Positions 13,420-27,216 are shown, counted from the stretch's first letter. The stretch is 64,000 bases of DNA from Octopus vulgaris (GCA_951406725.2 OX597815.1:97092001-97156000), one strand, 5' to 3'. The notes: generated from the sequence alone by a model not told the origin. Translations and numbers: made by a program.

Positions 13420-13573
13420 TATATATATTTGTGTGTGTGTATGTATCTAGCTATATCTATATCTATATCTATCTATCACTCTATCTATCCATCTATCTAT
13501 CTATTTATCTGTCTATTTATGTATGTACGTATGTATGTATGTATATATGTATGTATGTATGTATCTATCTATA

Positions 13574-13684
<111 letters not shown>

Positions 13685-13745
13685 CTGTAGCGTGGAAGAT
13701 TCTTCTAAGCCATTTACGAACACCCAAAAATCGTTAGTTTCACTG

Positions 13746-13893
13746 AACATTTAGATTTAATTTGTGTCAAAATATTTTTGTCGCCTTGAAACCATGACCT
13801 GTTCACTGAATGAAACTTCATGCTGCATCCCAATGAACTGGTAGTGGTTTCAAAGCGACCAAAATATTTTGATACGAATTAAATTTAGATGTT
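13746..13893. repeat. Foldback inverted repeat (about 67-bp arms)
   Basis: AACATTTAGATTTAATTTGTGTCAAAATATTTTTGTCGCCTTGAAACCA... pairs with ...TGGTTTCAAAGCGACCAAAATATTTTGATACGAATTAAATTTAGATGTT. Confidence 0.85.
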
Positions 13894-13952
13894 GAAGTAT
13901 CTTTCAGCACATGATCTCAGATCAAATCACTTGCTATGCCTAAACATCTCCG

Positions 13953-14102
<150 letters not shown>

Positions 14103-15441
14103 TCATGCACTCTCATTTACATATGCGCACACATACATATGCATATAAATACAGACAGACAGGCATTATACTCTCATACAGTAAAAACTTTATGCCTGGT
14201 ATAACTTGTTGGTGACAATCAATACGGGGAATTCGACTGCTAATTGTGGTGTGACAAGATGGAAGCTTCCTAGTTATTTCAAGTTATATATTCTTATTTT
14301 TATTTATTTCACGATACTGAAAAAGAAAGAGCTACTGAGAGAAAGGGAGGGAGATAAAGTACCATTGACTATTAAAAAAAAACCAGACAGCTACAGAATG
14401 AAACCAGCAGAGATGATGCTTTAGTCACTTTTCTCATCCGGTATGTGGCGGAGGAGATAACTTTATGCAAGTATTAGTGTGAGTTGCATCCGTCGCTTCA
14501 TGTTCCTCTTTCACTGACACACATAATGCAGAATATTGAATTCCATTTTTGTGACAACGCCGCATATTTGTAAAGACAAAAAAAAAAAACGACCGAAAGG
14601 AATTGAGTCATATGACAGTGCAAAAATATTAATAAAACTATCGATCATTTCATGCGTGCAAGGCAAATATCAATTCTGTTGAATAGTGCAAAAATATGCA
14701 TAAAAGTATTGATCCTTTCATGGATGATGGCAAATAACACTCTGTTGACTTTATCTCAAAAGGTAAAAATATGTCACTAAGTACCGAAAGGCATTTAATT
14801 CAGCACAGTGCAAGCAATTACTGCTATGCCTTGGACCTAAAGCAAAATCGATCGCAGAGAGATGTGAACACGTTATGTAGCGAAACGAAGTTAAATACTG
14901 CAAGGTATTTACTACTACTACTACTTATGATGATGATGATGATGATGATCATGATCATCATCATCATCATCATCATCGTGGTAATAATATATTTATATAT
15001 ATATCTACTCTATGTGGAAATGAAAATGTTGGAATATTGGAAATAAGGAACGAAATATTGAACTCCAGATAGAAAAAGATAATCTATTGAAATATAGATA
15101 GAAAGAGATATTTTATGTGCAAGATATCTAAAATGTTTGAAATATCTAAAGAATGAAGCAATGGTTTTCGAATTAATCGACTGAATGAATGTCACTCAAA
15201 ATGCTTTCAGTTACGTTTCAACTGTTCTATTGTTGTGTGTGAGTGTGTGTGTGTGTGTGTTTGCGCGTGCCTGTGTGTGTGCGTGCATGTGTGTGTGTTT
15301 GTGTGTGCGTTTGTGTTTGTGTGTGGTATCACCTTTTATATACCATGTTTTTGCGTATGGAGAAACATTAAAGCTATTGTTATTCTAGCATTTTGAGTGT
15401 GCAAAATTATTAAAGCCATTTATCTCACAACCATAAGTATG

Positions 15442-15483
<42 letters not shown>

Positions 15484-16102
15484 GATAGACAAAGAACTGG
15501 GCTGCAGATGATGCAATATAGAGCTACTAGAATCAAAACTGAATTAAATCAAGTATAAATCGGATTTTTGAGAATTTACAGCTGTTCTACAAATTTCTCG
15601 TTATTTTATATAAATGAACATGATCAGTTCGATGTGATATTTAGAGCTGAGTAAAACTGGTTAGACAATATTGTTCTATCTAATTTGGCGCCTGTGTATG
15701 GGATGAAGAGTTGATATTGGTTACTCGTAACACAACGCAGACATCTCTAGATCATAGCAAATCTACAAAAACATATACGAATACAGAAAGAAACGAACTG
15801 CGATAAATCGTAGAGATTTTTCAACTCAATAATGTGTACAGTGAGATTAAAGGTAGAATGAATTAGCTTTATGACTATAACTTCGTATTTCTTTTTATTG
15901 TACTGATTTAGAATGAAGGAACAAAAGAAAGAATTTTTATGCCTTTAGCAAATTCTGTAGTGTCAGACTGACAGTACTTTAGCTTACTTTCCATTATTCG
16001 TTCACCTTCTATTCAATTGAAAATATCACCTCAACTACACAATTAAAAGAACGAACATAAATGCATAGTCTAGCCAACAGACAGAAGGAAATAAATAAAT
16101 AT

Positions 16103-16160
<58 letters not shown>

Positions 16161-16944
16161 GTATATGCATAATCGTGTACGTATATATGAATTATGCACG
16201 ACAGAGCTTTAAATAGAAATACTGAAAGAAATTAACATTTTAGAAAATCTTTGGCCTAGATATAATTAGCTGTATAAGAGTGTGAACAAATTCATTCTAT
16301 TTGTTTCATGTACAATAAAAAGAAGTGGGGACCCTTACAGAGCGATACCTCATATCAAAACGATACTAAAATATCTTGCATTTCACACTTAATTTTAGAT
16401 ATATGGAATCCCTACTGCGGTCTATATTTTTGTGGGTTTTTTTCAAGACATTAAGAGAGGCTGTTAAACCAGCAAATTTACTTGTACGTACACACGCATA
16501 TTTATGTGTGTGCGTGGGTGAAGGTGCGCGGCCTCGAATTCGGCTGTTGAAATCGACTTCTATTCATACGATTCTATATGCATACCCGTTATTATATTGC
16601 ACATGAATATGATAAAATATATAAAATACATAAATTGTAAATATCAATATAATGTTTAATATCAAAAATTTCTTGTAAATTCCAAAAACGATGTTGAAAA
16701 CAGTCCTCTATGAGATTGGCATATTTAATATTAAGCATAGAACAACTGATGATAATGTATTGAAATTATTGTAATTTATGTAATTAATAAAGCATGATCA
16801 ATCCTCTAATTATAGATATTTATATATGTATTCTACGGAAATATACAGATTTCCACATGTGTATCCAGTGACAGAACTCCCACTATATGGTAGCATCTGG
16901 TAGCGGATACTGGTAGTTCAGCTTTGGAAAGCACTACAGACTAA

Positions 16945-17000
16945 AAGGCGGTGCTCCAGGATGGCCGCAGAAAATGACTGAAACAAGTAAAAGAATAAAA
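16945..17000 (+). mobile_element. 3' tail fragment of a SINE
   Basis: GGCGGTGCTCCAGGATGGCCGCAG..TGACTGAAACAAGTAAAAGA, recognised from memory as an octopus SINE tail. Confidence 0.5.
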
Positions 17001-17038
17001 TGAACGAGGTATAAACAGTATCTGCACGACGATGCGAA

Positions 17039-17300
17039 TTAAATGTGGCTAACCGCTAAGGGTGGATGCTACTGTAGCTTGTAGCCCCAGGAGAACGTCT
17101 TTTCCAGCTGGTTATTGACACATTTTCTGTGCCCTATCAGTATTTGCAAAGGGAAGTCATCCTACCCATTGTCGAAGGATGGCTTCCCTTTGCAAATACT
17201 CATAGGGCACAGAAAGTGGGTCAATAGCCAGCTAGAAAAGACGTTCTCCTGGGGCTACAAGCTACAGTAGCATCCACCCTTAGCGGTTAGCCACATTTAA
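17039..17300. mobile_element. Near-perfect 262-bp palindromic (foldback/MITE-like) element bounded by TTAA
   Basis: About 125-bp arms; the outer about 55 bp (TTAAATGTGGCTAACCGCTAAGGGTGGATGCTACTGTAGCTTGTAGCCCCAGGAGAACGTCTTT) pair perfectly; short central loop. Confidence 0.9.
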
Positions 17301-17310
17301 GTGCCAAATA

Positions 17311-17354
<44 letters not shown>

Positions 17355-17509
17355 TATATATACATATACATTAATCTAGCTCTATATCTACACACATACA
17401 TTTATACACACACCTATATAGCTATCTATCTATCTATCTATCTCTCTCTATATATATATATATGTGTGTGTGTGTATATACGTATACTTATATATACATG
17501 TACACACAA

Positions 17510-17564
<55 letters not shown>

Positions 17565-17583
17565 AATATGTATTCATACACAT

Positions 17584-17662
<79 letters not shown>

Positions 17663-18698
17663 TAGATACATAGATAGATACATAGATATAGACATGGCTG
17701 GTTCGGCCTATACGTAACACACGGAGATTAGTCTCACCCTATCTCAAATTCTCTGGTCCGACAGATTATTTCAGCCAGCGGTTAACATTAGTGCATGTGT
17801 TCGTGCTTGTTCGAATGTAAGTCACGTTAAATATAGCAAGAAATTATTAATATTAAAAAGATGTCACATTTCTTTTTGCTGCTTGTGCATGACTTATCTT
17901 TGTCGAAATTACTACATATATTTGCATATCTTTGATTTCGTTTCCTTTAAACTTCTAGATATATTGGACACAAATATAGAGTTGAATAGATCTAAGGATT
18001 TGAATGAAAGTATGTTTAGCGTATAATGGAAAGTTAGGCCTTATCTATTAACCCTATATATGGTATTTTGAACCTTCATCCTATATTAATACAGCTCTAT
18101 ATTTTACCACCTAATAAACGCCTTTTCTATTCAGCGGGAACATTACTTCGCTTCTCCGGTTGCATTGAGAATAATTGTATGCTGAAGTAAATCGCAAAAA
18201 TTGCTTGTGTTTGAAGATACGCGGGCCTGTATATTCTCTTTCTACATAGTAACTTTGTCGGTGTTTTTAAGATGTGTACAAGAAATATCTTGTAGAATAT
18301 ATATTTATCTTGAATATTGGTCAATTCGACCATGAAATATTTGCTATTTTTCACTTCCCTTAATATGTTATACAGGATAGCTTCATACCGATGTCCTCTT
18401 TAAGTGTTTGGAGTGTATTTGTGAAGGAATGTTGTGGAATTTTCATTAAATTCTCGACTTTTATTATGATAGAAATTTAGCGGTAATTTTACAATGATTT
18501 ACGTTATACGTCAGTGGATTTATACACCATAAGACATCTCATGCCTAATACCGGTGTATTTGGTGTTCCAACAAAATAAATCAAGGTAAGTTCGAATATA
18601 GGGATCTCGTTTGTGTGTGTGTATGTTTGTATACGTGCACGCGCGTACTTACATATATGCCTCTGTCTCCTTTCTTCTATGCACCCCCCACTCACACG

Positions 18699-18732
<34 letters not shown>

Positions 18733-18806
18733 CATTACTAAATGTAACTAAGCGTTCCGGGACAGCAACATTGTTAGAGATAGGAGTAAGATACTCGTGC
18801 TGTATG

Positions 18807-19234
18807 AAGAGCACTAATTTATACAAGACGCTGACATGTGAAGAAACCTCCCAAGACGGAATCGAGAATCACTCAGATTAGAAGTTTAGTTTCGCGTATT
18901 TCCGTATGCTTCATCAGTAAGAGAAGCCCGGTCAACTGGAGTCGGCTAATCCTGCCTTTCAGCAAGTAGGTATTTGCCATAGAAAACTATGACTGATTTA
19001 GTGGAGTGCTAATGCTTATACAAAAAATTAATATAAACAACATGCAGCAACATAATACCATAAAATAAAATTCAATCATCACAAAATTTGACTAAGGGTG
19101 CCGAGAAACCTACGTCACAAGGAATAAGAATAAGAAAAACATATTTTGTGGTAAGGAGAGATTCTGGGAGAATCTTGATTCAGTCTTCGGGAGATTTCTT
19201 CACATGTCAGCGGATTGTATACATTAGTGCTCTT
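18807..19234. mobile_element. PLE-like inverted terminal repeat pair (18807-18877 / 19163-19234) with hammerhead-like motifs
   Basis: Arms share AAGAGCACTAAT..TATACAA..CGCTGACATGTGAAGAAA.CTCCC; hammerhead-like motif at 18868-18925 (minus) and a decayed one at about 19090-19120 (plus). Confidence 0.7.
18868..18925 (-). ncRNA. Hammerhead ribozyme-like motif (type I, partly decayed)
   Basis: CTCTTA-CTGATGA-AGCATACGGAAATACGC-GAAAC-TAAACTTCTAA-TC-TGAG: core intact, a few mismatches in stems II and III. Confidence 0.6.
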
Positions 19235-19262
19235 TATGGTACACTGCACCCAGCTATTTATA

Positions 19263-19330
<68 letters not shown>

Positions 19331-19345
19331 TATATAAAAGGGCTT

Positions 19346-19585
19346 AGTAAAATAAATTACTTTGCCACATACTGAACTCATTAGAAATAGTAGCTAAAAA
19401 AACTTTTTTTAAACTATTTCTAATACTTAAAGAAAATCTCTCTCATATAGTGTTTGCTCAATTCAACTCACGAAAGTATGGGGGTAAATACATTAAAAAA
19501 TCAAATGCAAAGGTTATTTGAGAGTAAAATAAATTACTTTGCCACATACTGAACTCATTAGAAATAGTAGCTAAAAAAACTTTTT
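19346..19585 (+). repeat. Exact direct repeat of about 63 bp (19346-19408 / 19523-19585)
   Basis: AGTAAAATAAATTACTTTGCCACATACTGAACTCATTAGAAATAGTAGCTAAAAAAACTTTTT occurs twice, between two (TA)n tracts. Confidence 0.92.
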
Positions 19586-19637
19586 AAAAAATACTTGGTG
19601 AAATTGATTAATAATTAATTAATTTTACCCTCAATTG

Positions 19638-19723
<86 letters not shown>

Positions 19724-20227
19724 TATATATATATACACATACATACATAGACATATGTATGCACATATATATATACATATGTACATACAAATATACATAC
19801 ATATATATGTGTGTGTGTGTATAAACGTTTATTAATACCACGGGCTTCTTTCATTTTCCGTCTAATAGATCCACTCACAATGTTTTGTCCAGCCTCACGC
19901 TACTGTATCTTAGTCAAAAGTTCTGCATTTTGTCTGATATCATGAAAGAATCCTGCGCTGCTTAAACTGGAATTAATGTCTAACTGAATCAAACGTTCTG
20001 TGCAACTAAATACGTTGAATACTACATTCTCACGTCATCTTACTCACTCATGTGTCACTCACTGCATCTCTGTCATTTAGATCGCCTCCCTCCCTGTATA
20101 TATGTATATGTGCATGTGTGTGTATGTAAGATTATGAGTGCGTGTGTGTGTTTGTGCACGTGTGCGTTTGTGCATATGCGTGTTGTGTATATGTGAGTGC
20201 AAATATGTTCACAATCATTGGTACATA

Positions 20228-20325
<98 letters not shown>

Positions 20326-20434
20326 TGTATATATTTATATACAGAGAGAGTTTAGGAAAATAAACAAAAGACGAAGAATGGTGGTGTACAAAGCAAACAG
20401 ATGTATTAGTATAACGCTCGGGAATAGAAAAAGT

Positions 20435-20472
20435 ATTTTACGTTTCGAGCCTACGCTCTTCTACAGAAAGGG
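20435..20472 (-). ncRNA. Minimal hammerhead variant in a PLE-type terminus
   Basis: TTT-CTGTAGA-A-GAGC(GTAG)GCTC-GAAAC-GTA-AAA: perfect 4-bp stem II, palindromic ACGT mini stem III, non-canonical U at core position 6. Confidence 0.55.
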
Positions 20473-21265
20473 ACACAGAAAAAAACAAAAAGTGAAAAAA
20501 GTGTGTATATATATACCAGTTAATAGTAGTCCCAATACATTTAATGATGCGTACGCTTCGAGTGCTTGCGTATGCCGTCGCCTGTTTCAAGCAACGTATA
20601 TTGATATTTTAAAATTTGGTTCTACATATAGTAGTATGCATAACAAAAAGCCACTGAAAATTCTGAGAAACGAGAAACAAAAATAAGGAAATAGTGGAAG
20701 AAATAGAAAAGGTGAGAAAGAGAAAAATTATATTGCCACAAAGAAATCAGTAAATGTTCAAACTGATTAATTAGTATTTTATATTTTAGCAGTTAAAGAT
20801 CTTAATGAATTTCGACCTAATTGTCTGGGTCACGTCGCCTTTAAATATCAAAATGTACCAATATTATATTAGTAATGTTTTCAATTTGTACGCTGTGGAG
20901 TGGTATATGTGTGTGTGTGTGTGTGAGCGTGTGTGCGCGTTGGTGTATATAGTGTGTGTGTGTGCGCGTGTGTGTGTGTGTATTTCTTGTATTCAAGTTG
21001 AGTGGAGAAGTTACTTTGCAGTGAGCTCAGTATCGATAACTTAAGTAACTGAACAATGCGTTCTTCGAACGACACGGTTTCTAGAAATTATTTCATGGTT
21101 GGTATTCAGGGCCGTGCTATAAGCGCACAGGGTTAACAAGTTGTCAGGTTCATAGTGTAATGTTCACAGGTCTCAGGCATCAACCTTTTCTGGGTGAGGG
21201 GTGAATTTAATTTTGAGAAGTTTTAAATTAATTCATGTCATGATCTGCCGTTTAGAAGGTATCAA

Positions 21266-21488
21266 GAGCTGGCAGAAACGTTAGCACGCCGGGCGAAATG
21301 CGTAGCCGTATTTCGTCTGCCGTTACGTTATGAGTTCAAATTCCGCCGAGGTCGACTTTGCCTTTCATCCTTTCAGGGTCGATAAATTAAGTACCAGTTA
21401 AACACTGGGGTCGATGTAATCGAATTAATCCGTTTGTCTGTCCTTGTTTATCCTTCTATGTTTAGCCCCTTGTGGGTAATAAAGAAAT
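21266..21488 (+). mobile_element. tRNA-derived SINE monomer with Meta/MESC-like central domain
   Basis: A-box-like TGGCAGAAACGTT, B-box-like GAGTTCAAATTCC, GCCTTTCATCCTTTCAGGGTCGATAAATTAAGTACC body; 9-bp TSD AGGTATCAA (21257-21265 / 21489-21497). Domain name from memory. Confidence 0.9.
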
Positions 21489-22082
21489 AGGTATCAAATG
21501 GCAGGCCGACAGTATTCATGCAGCATCGTAGAAAGAGGAAGACATAGCAACAGAGAGACAATAGACAGAACCATCAAGCAGTCTACGGCTATTTCCAGTA
21601 GGATGGCGACGGCGTTGGTGATGACCTTGGCGGCGGCGATGGTAGAAGTGGTTGATGAGTTTGTATATATTCTATTAGCAGGATGTAAATGCTATCGCAC
21701 GTGTGTGTTTGTCTCCAGGCAAATTACTATTATCATTGTTAGTATTATTATTTGTCGTAGTAATAGCAGCAGCAACAGCAGCAGAAATATTAGTGCGGTC
21801 AGGAATCAAAAGAAGCGTCACACCATTTCGGTCAGCAGAGATCAATGTATTTGCTAGTTACAAGCGCCCAAAGGGAGTGTTGACACTGGAACGACTAACT
21901 CACTCTGCTCTGTTTTAATTACGAATAGAAGAAATATCAATAATATATATTCATGCACACGTGCGCGCGCGGGTATTGATATTTACATCGTTGAATTTTT
22001 CTAGCCTTTTTATAGGTTTTGCTCTGGTTTAGTGTTCGTAATTGTGCAGTTTGTATATATTGGCAGTTGTTTATCTCCTAAA

Positions 22083-22650
22083 GTTTCAAATTTTTAAAAA
22101 GTGATCGTTTGTGTGTTCGGCCAGAGAAAATTGTGGATATGTGAGATTTTCAACTTATTTGGGAGGAAATTTTTGTTGTGCATTTAATAGTAATCTTGGA
22201 ATAAAGGGTATGTTTTATCGTGCATTTAATAGTGTTGTTGCAATAAAAGGCACATTTGCGTATTCGAGTCGTCAGGGAGAAGAGAAGGGCAAAATCTTTA
22301 CAGAGAATTGTAGTTATTAATGTTTTTAAAATTTTCTAATCATCGTTTATTTGTTTGGCCAGAGGTAATTGTAATATTCTTGTACTAAAAGGGTGTTTAC
22401 GTTTCCGAATACTCAGAAAAGGACACGCATTCAACAGAAATTTATAGGTATTAGAGTTTCAAAATTTGTGAACATGATTGTTTGTGTGTTCGTCGAGAGA
22501 AAATAGTGGATATGCAAGATTTTCAACTTGTTTTGAAGGAAATTTAAAATACTCAGTTAAATTTTCACGGCAAAATTTTCACAGAAAATTGTAGTTATTA
22601 AACATTGGAAATGTTTTCTAATGATGATCGTTTGTGTGTTCGGCAAGAGG
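22083..22650 (+). repeat. Diverged higher-order repeat (A-B-A'-B')
   Basis: An ATCGTTTGTGTGTTCGGCCAGAG-like motif recurs at about 22104, 22342, 22477 and 22627; 22083-22170 resembles 22456-22545, and 22289-22365 resembles 22569-22650. Confidence 0.75.
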
Positions 22651-22756
22651 GAACCCGCAATGTTTCTTCTTCTTCTTCTTCTTCTTCTTCTTCTTCTTCT
22701 TCTTCTTCTTCTTCTTCTTCTTCTTCTTCTTCTTCTTCTTCTTCTTCTTCTTCTTG

Positions 22757-23552
22757 TTAACCACACAGAATCTGCTGGAAAAAATAGTCGGGATTGGCTG
22801 ATGAAAGGAACACTAAAAAAAGAGACAGAGAGCACTATACTGGCAGAGCAAGAAAAAGCTTTGGCCATGAACTGGAGGTTCAAATTAAGGAGTGAGAAAG
22901 TGTTACCGCTGTGTGGGTGAAACCATTGCTCATATCACAAACGAATTCCCAAGACTTATCCGCAACCACTACAAGTTGTGGCGACACGACCAGGTAGCAA
23001 AAGTGCTACACTGGAAACTGTTCGACAAGTTGGAGATCAAAAGAGAGGCAGGACGTGATATGAGCACAAACCGCAGAGAATGGTGGAGTTGGAGACTTGC
23101 AAAATCCTCTGAGATTTCCCAATCGAAACCGATCAGATGCTAGATCATAACAGACCAGTCCTGTTGGTGGTGCACAAGATGCACCACATATGCTATATTG
23201 TTGATGTTGAAAGCCTATTTGACCCACGAATAGATAAGAAGGCGAAAAGATAGATAAATACAACCCTGTTATGTACAAATTAGCCCGGCTATGAAAAACT
23301 AAGAAAGTGAAGATAGTGCCAATTATTGATCTCAATAGTGTCAGAAGGCATTCAAGGGGACTATAAAGGAAATTGGAATAGATTGCCCAATAGAACTGTA
23401 ACAAAAGTTTTGCCTTCTTGGCACGGCCAGAATAATTATGAAAGTATTAGATAACTGAAAAGAATAGATAGCATGTTACCGAAGGGTGCATGTAGCAACC
23501 CCGTTACACATCTAAGTTCCAGGAGCTCCAACAAAACCTGTGATAAAGAGAA
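22757..23552 (+). mobile_element. Decayed R4/Dong-type 3' fragment (CCHC knuckle and RLE)
   Basis: DWLMKGTLKKETESTILAEQE; ETIAHITNE..WRHDQVAKVLHWKL; DFPIETDQMLDHNRP; CLLGTARII; ends in (TAA)n; preceded by (CTT)n at 22664-22755. Confidence 0.85.
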
Positions 23553-23564
23553 TTAATAATAACG

Positions 23565-23613
<49 letters not shown>

Positions 23614-23772
23614 TGATAATGATGATGATGATGACGACGACGTCGATGATGTCGATGACGATGATATTGGTGATAATGAAGATGATGATGATGATGATGA
23701 AGATGATAATGATAATGATTATGATGATGGTGATGATGATACTGATGATGATACTGATGATGAGAAGGAAAA

Positions 23773-23804
<32 letters not shown>

Positions 23805-23807
<3 letters not shown>

Positions 23808-23860
23808 CAAATGACTAAAGACCCCTGTGCATTTTTACTTACACTGTGTTCAAAAGGAAT
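23805..23860 (+). mobile_element. About 55-bp 3' tip of the Dong-like family found at 53590-54646
   Basis: TGACAAATGACTAAAGACCCCTGTGCATTTTTACTTACACTGTGTTCAAAAGGAAT aligns with 54592-54646. Confidence 0.75.
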
Positions 23861-23883
23861 GATACTAATAATAATAATAAAAA

Positions 23884-24243
<360 letters not shown>

Positions 24244-24362
24244 GTAATAATAATAATAATAATAATGGTAATGATAATAATAATAATGGTAATGATAATA
24301 ATAATAATAACAATAATAATGGTAATAATAATGATAATAATAATAACAACAACAATAATAAA

Positions 24363-24421
<59 letters not shown>

Positions 24422-24433
24422 GAAGAAGAAGAA

Positions 24434-24464
<31 letters not shown>

Positions 24465-24739
24465 AAGAAGAAGAAGAAGAAGAAGAAGAAGAAGAAGAAG
24501 AAGAAGAAAGAAGAAGAAGAAGAAGAAGAAGAAGAAGAAGAAGACCTTGATAACAGGTTGGTACCTGCTCTCACAGAATTAGCAGAAGGAATTGAAACAG
24601 AGAGCTCCATGAAAAAAATGACAGTAATAAAACGAGATTATTGTAATTATTATATATGATTATTAAAGATATTGATAGCGATGTTAGTAACAAGGTATAA
24701 TGACTATAACACGGTAACAATAATAAAATATATTGTAAG

Positions 24740-25550
24740 ACAAGGGAATTTACAGAAAAGAAAACCAGAGAAACACTAAAAATAAACACACACACACACA
24801 CACACACATACTTATACACAACGGAAGCACACAAACTTATTCCCTCATCAGTTGCCGATTAAACATCATCCTAATTTTGACAACTTCAAACAATATTGCT
24901 TGAAAAGCTAATGTCTGTTGACTAAAGGGTAAATAAAGACGACTTAAAAGGAAAATTATATACGAAAGTTTTGACGAGGTAAAACAATGAGAAAAACATA
25001 TAATGCGATATATAGAGATTCGTATGCATAGAAAGTTTTTCGACTTGGCGACAAAAAGAAGACGAGTCGTGGGAACAGACCTTATTATAATTGGTGGTGG
25101 TCCTCTAGGGCTTGAGAATAGAATACAGTATTTTATGAAAATTAGACAAACCGACGAGAGCTGGAACTAATTTACAAATGAGAGGCAAATCAAGAGATAT
25201 AGAAAAGCGAGTGACAGTAGCCAGTTAAGAAAGAATAGGTAACAAGAGAAATATGAGGGAGGCGTTGGAATGTCTTGTAGGACGGAACAGAAGAACATAG
25301 AACAGACCAGCCAAGTGTATAATAGTAAGAGGGATAGAGAAGAAAGGCTGTTTCAGTGCATGGGATTCCGTACATACATATACATGAACATAGGACGTAT
25401 ATAGTATTTCATCTAGTCCACTGCGTATATTTCTTCTGTGAAATGGCCGATGTAAATGGATAATTGCAGTTCGCAATCACTTGAAGCATCAATAAGCATG
25501 AGAAATTAAATCAAATGGCATCTCTTATAATTTAAAAAATCATTTGACTC
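24740..25550 (-). mobile_element. Old PLE remnant (GIY-YIG traces and terminal region)
   Basis: Frameshifted NCNYP..YIG..RRNIRSGLDE traces near 25400-25475; the terminal motif CAACTGATGAGGGAATA is shared with the 4800 region. Confidence 0.45.
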
Positions 25551-27105
25551 ATGCTTTTGAGAATCTAGCTTATTTGCTGGGATGATACAAATACAACGCA
25601 AAATATGTAGACGATAGGAATGTTGCTCTACATTCCTTGTTAATCTAAATCTGGTCACATGAGTCGCATTAAAGCACACTATACACTATACATTCATGTG
25701 AACCAATGAGATAACTGCATAGGTTTTCAGCGTAAAGTGTATTTGAAATTTATTGTAACATTTTTATCTCTACCACTATTATAATGTTGTCTATAAACAG
25801 GCATCACTGAATTTTTCATTTCTCGTTGTTCACTTCAATTGATCACCAATTATTTTAGTCCTTATGTTTCTAGTAGTTGACCATACAAGCACAGACACAT
25901 ACTAGAACACTGACAAATACACAGAAACACCACACACGCATGCGCGCGCGCGCACACACACACACAAACTGTCAAAGAAACAGACAGGTTGATTCAAAAT
26001 GTGCTTTTTCCATTTCAAACATTTACAATTTTTCAGATAGTGGGTGATATATACTTTGAACAACCTATGTACATATCACTTGAAAGTATTTAGTTTTTAA
26101 TACAGCTCAAAATATTGTTTCTTTCATCAAATACCTTTATCCGCTGAGTTTTTTTGTCAAGGAAGATGTTCTCAGTAATTTAAGGATATTTTTTTCATCG
26201 TGTCCCGAAGAAGTAGCTATAGGAAATTACAGGGTTATATAAATTGTTGACATATTTTCTTTTAATAGAATTTACTCATCTTGTCATGGTGTTTGGAGTT
26301 TTATTTCTTATTTGGATGTTTTTTCTAATTGTTATGGCAATTGCTACGAGTAAGAAATAAGTCAATATGTACTAGACGGATCATTTTCTATTCTGGTATC
26401 GAGGAATATGAGTAAAACTGTTGATCTTCCATATTAAAAGGTGGTCAGGAATAATTCGAAAAAGATTCACATTTTATCTGTAGCCATTTAAATAATACGG
26501 AGACTCTCCAGTGAACAATTAAGATGTTCCAAATTTTTACTTTATTTCATTATTTTATTATTTTGATATTAGATATGTTTTGTTGTAGTCAAATATTTTC
26601 ACAAGGCTGTAAAATTATGTTCCCTGCATCAAAGAGACGGACTTCTTAACAGTCGCTTGATATGTTACAATTAACAATCAAATACCTTTAAAATTTCGTT
26701 GTATTATCTTAAAAAGAAAAAAACAAAATAATTAAATAGTGTACCACTGGAATCGGAATACGTGGAATATAATAAAATGGGAAGAAGGGCTTTGGTAATG
26801 TGCTGATCCGGCATTAAATAAGAAGTACATCATAAATTATCTATATTTAGAAGGATATTTGAGTTTACGTTCCATTGTGTGACACATCGAACAGAAAATA
26901 CTGCAATATTTTAAATTTATAATTAGATAGAACAATAAAAGGAAATAATTACCAATGGTAGTGAAAAAAATATTTTCTACAGAAATCATAATTGACATCG
27001 AAATGAATAAACATAAGAACATATCGTGATGGAATCGAAATGGAAATAGAAGCAAACAATATTTTTAAAATTTGAAAATGAAATAAAAATAAACATATGT
27101 ATACA

Positions 27106-27139
<34 letters not shown>

Positions 27140-27149
27140 CGTACGTACA

Positions 27150-27216
<67 letters not shown>

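Noticed and set aside
21266-21345. tRNA genes (also at 38450-38525, 43780, 46672)
   Set aside because: A/B-box heads run into SINE bodies, several with TSDs; no complete cloverleaf.
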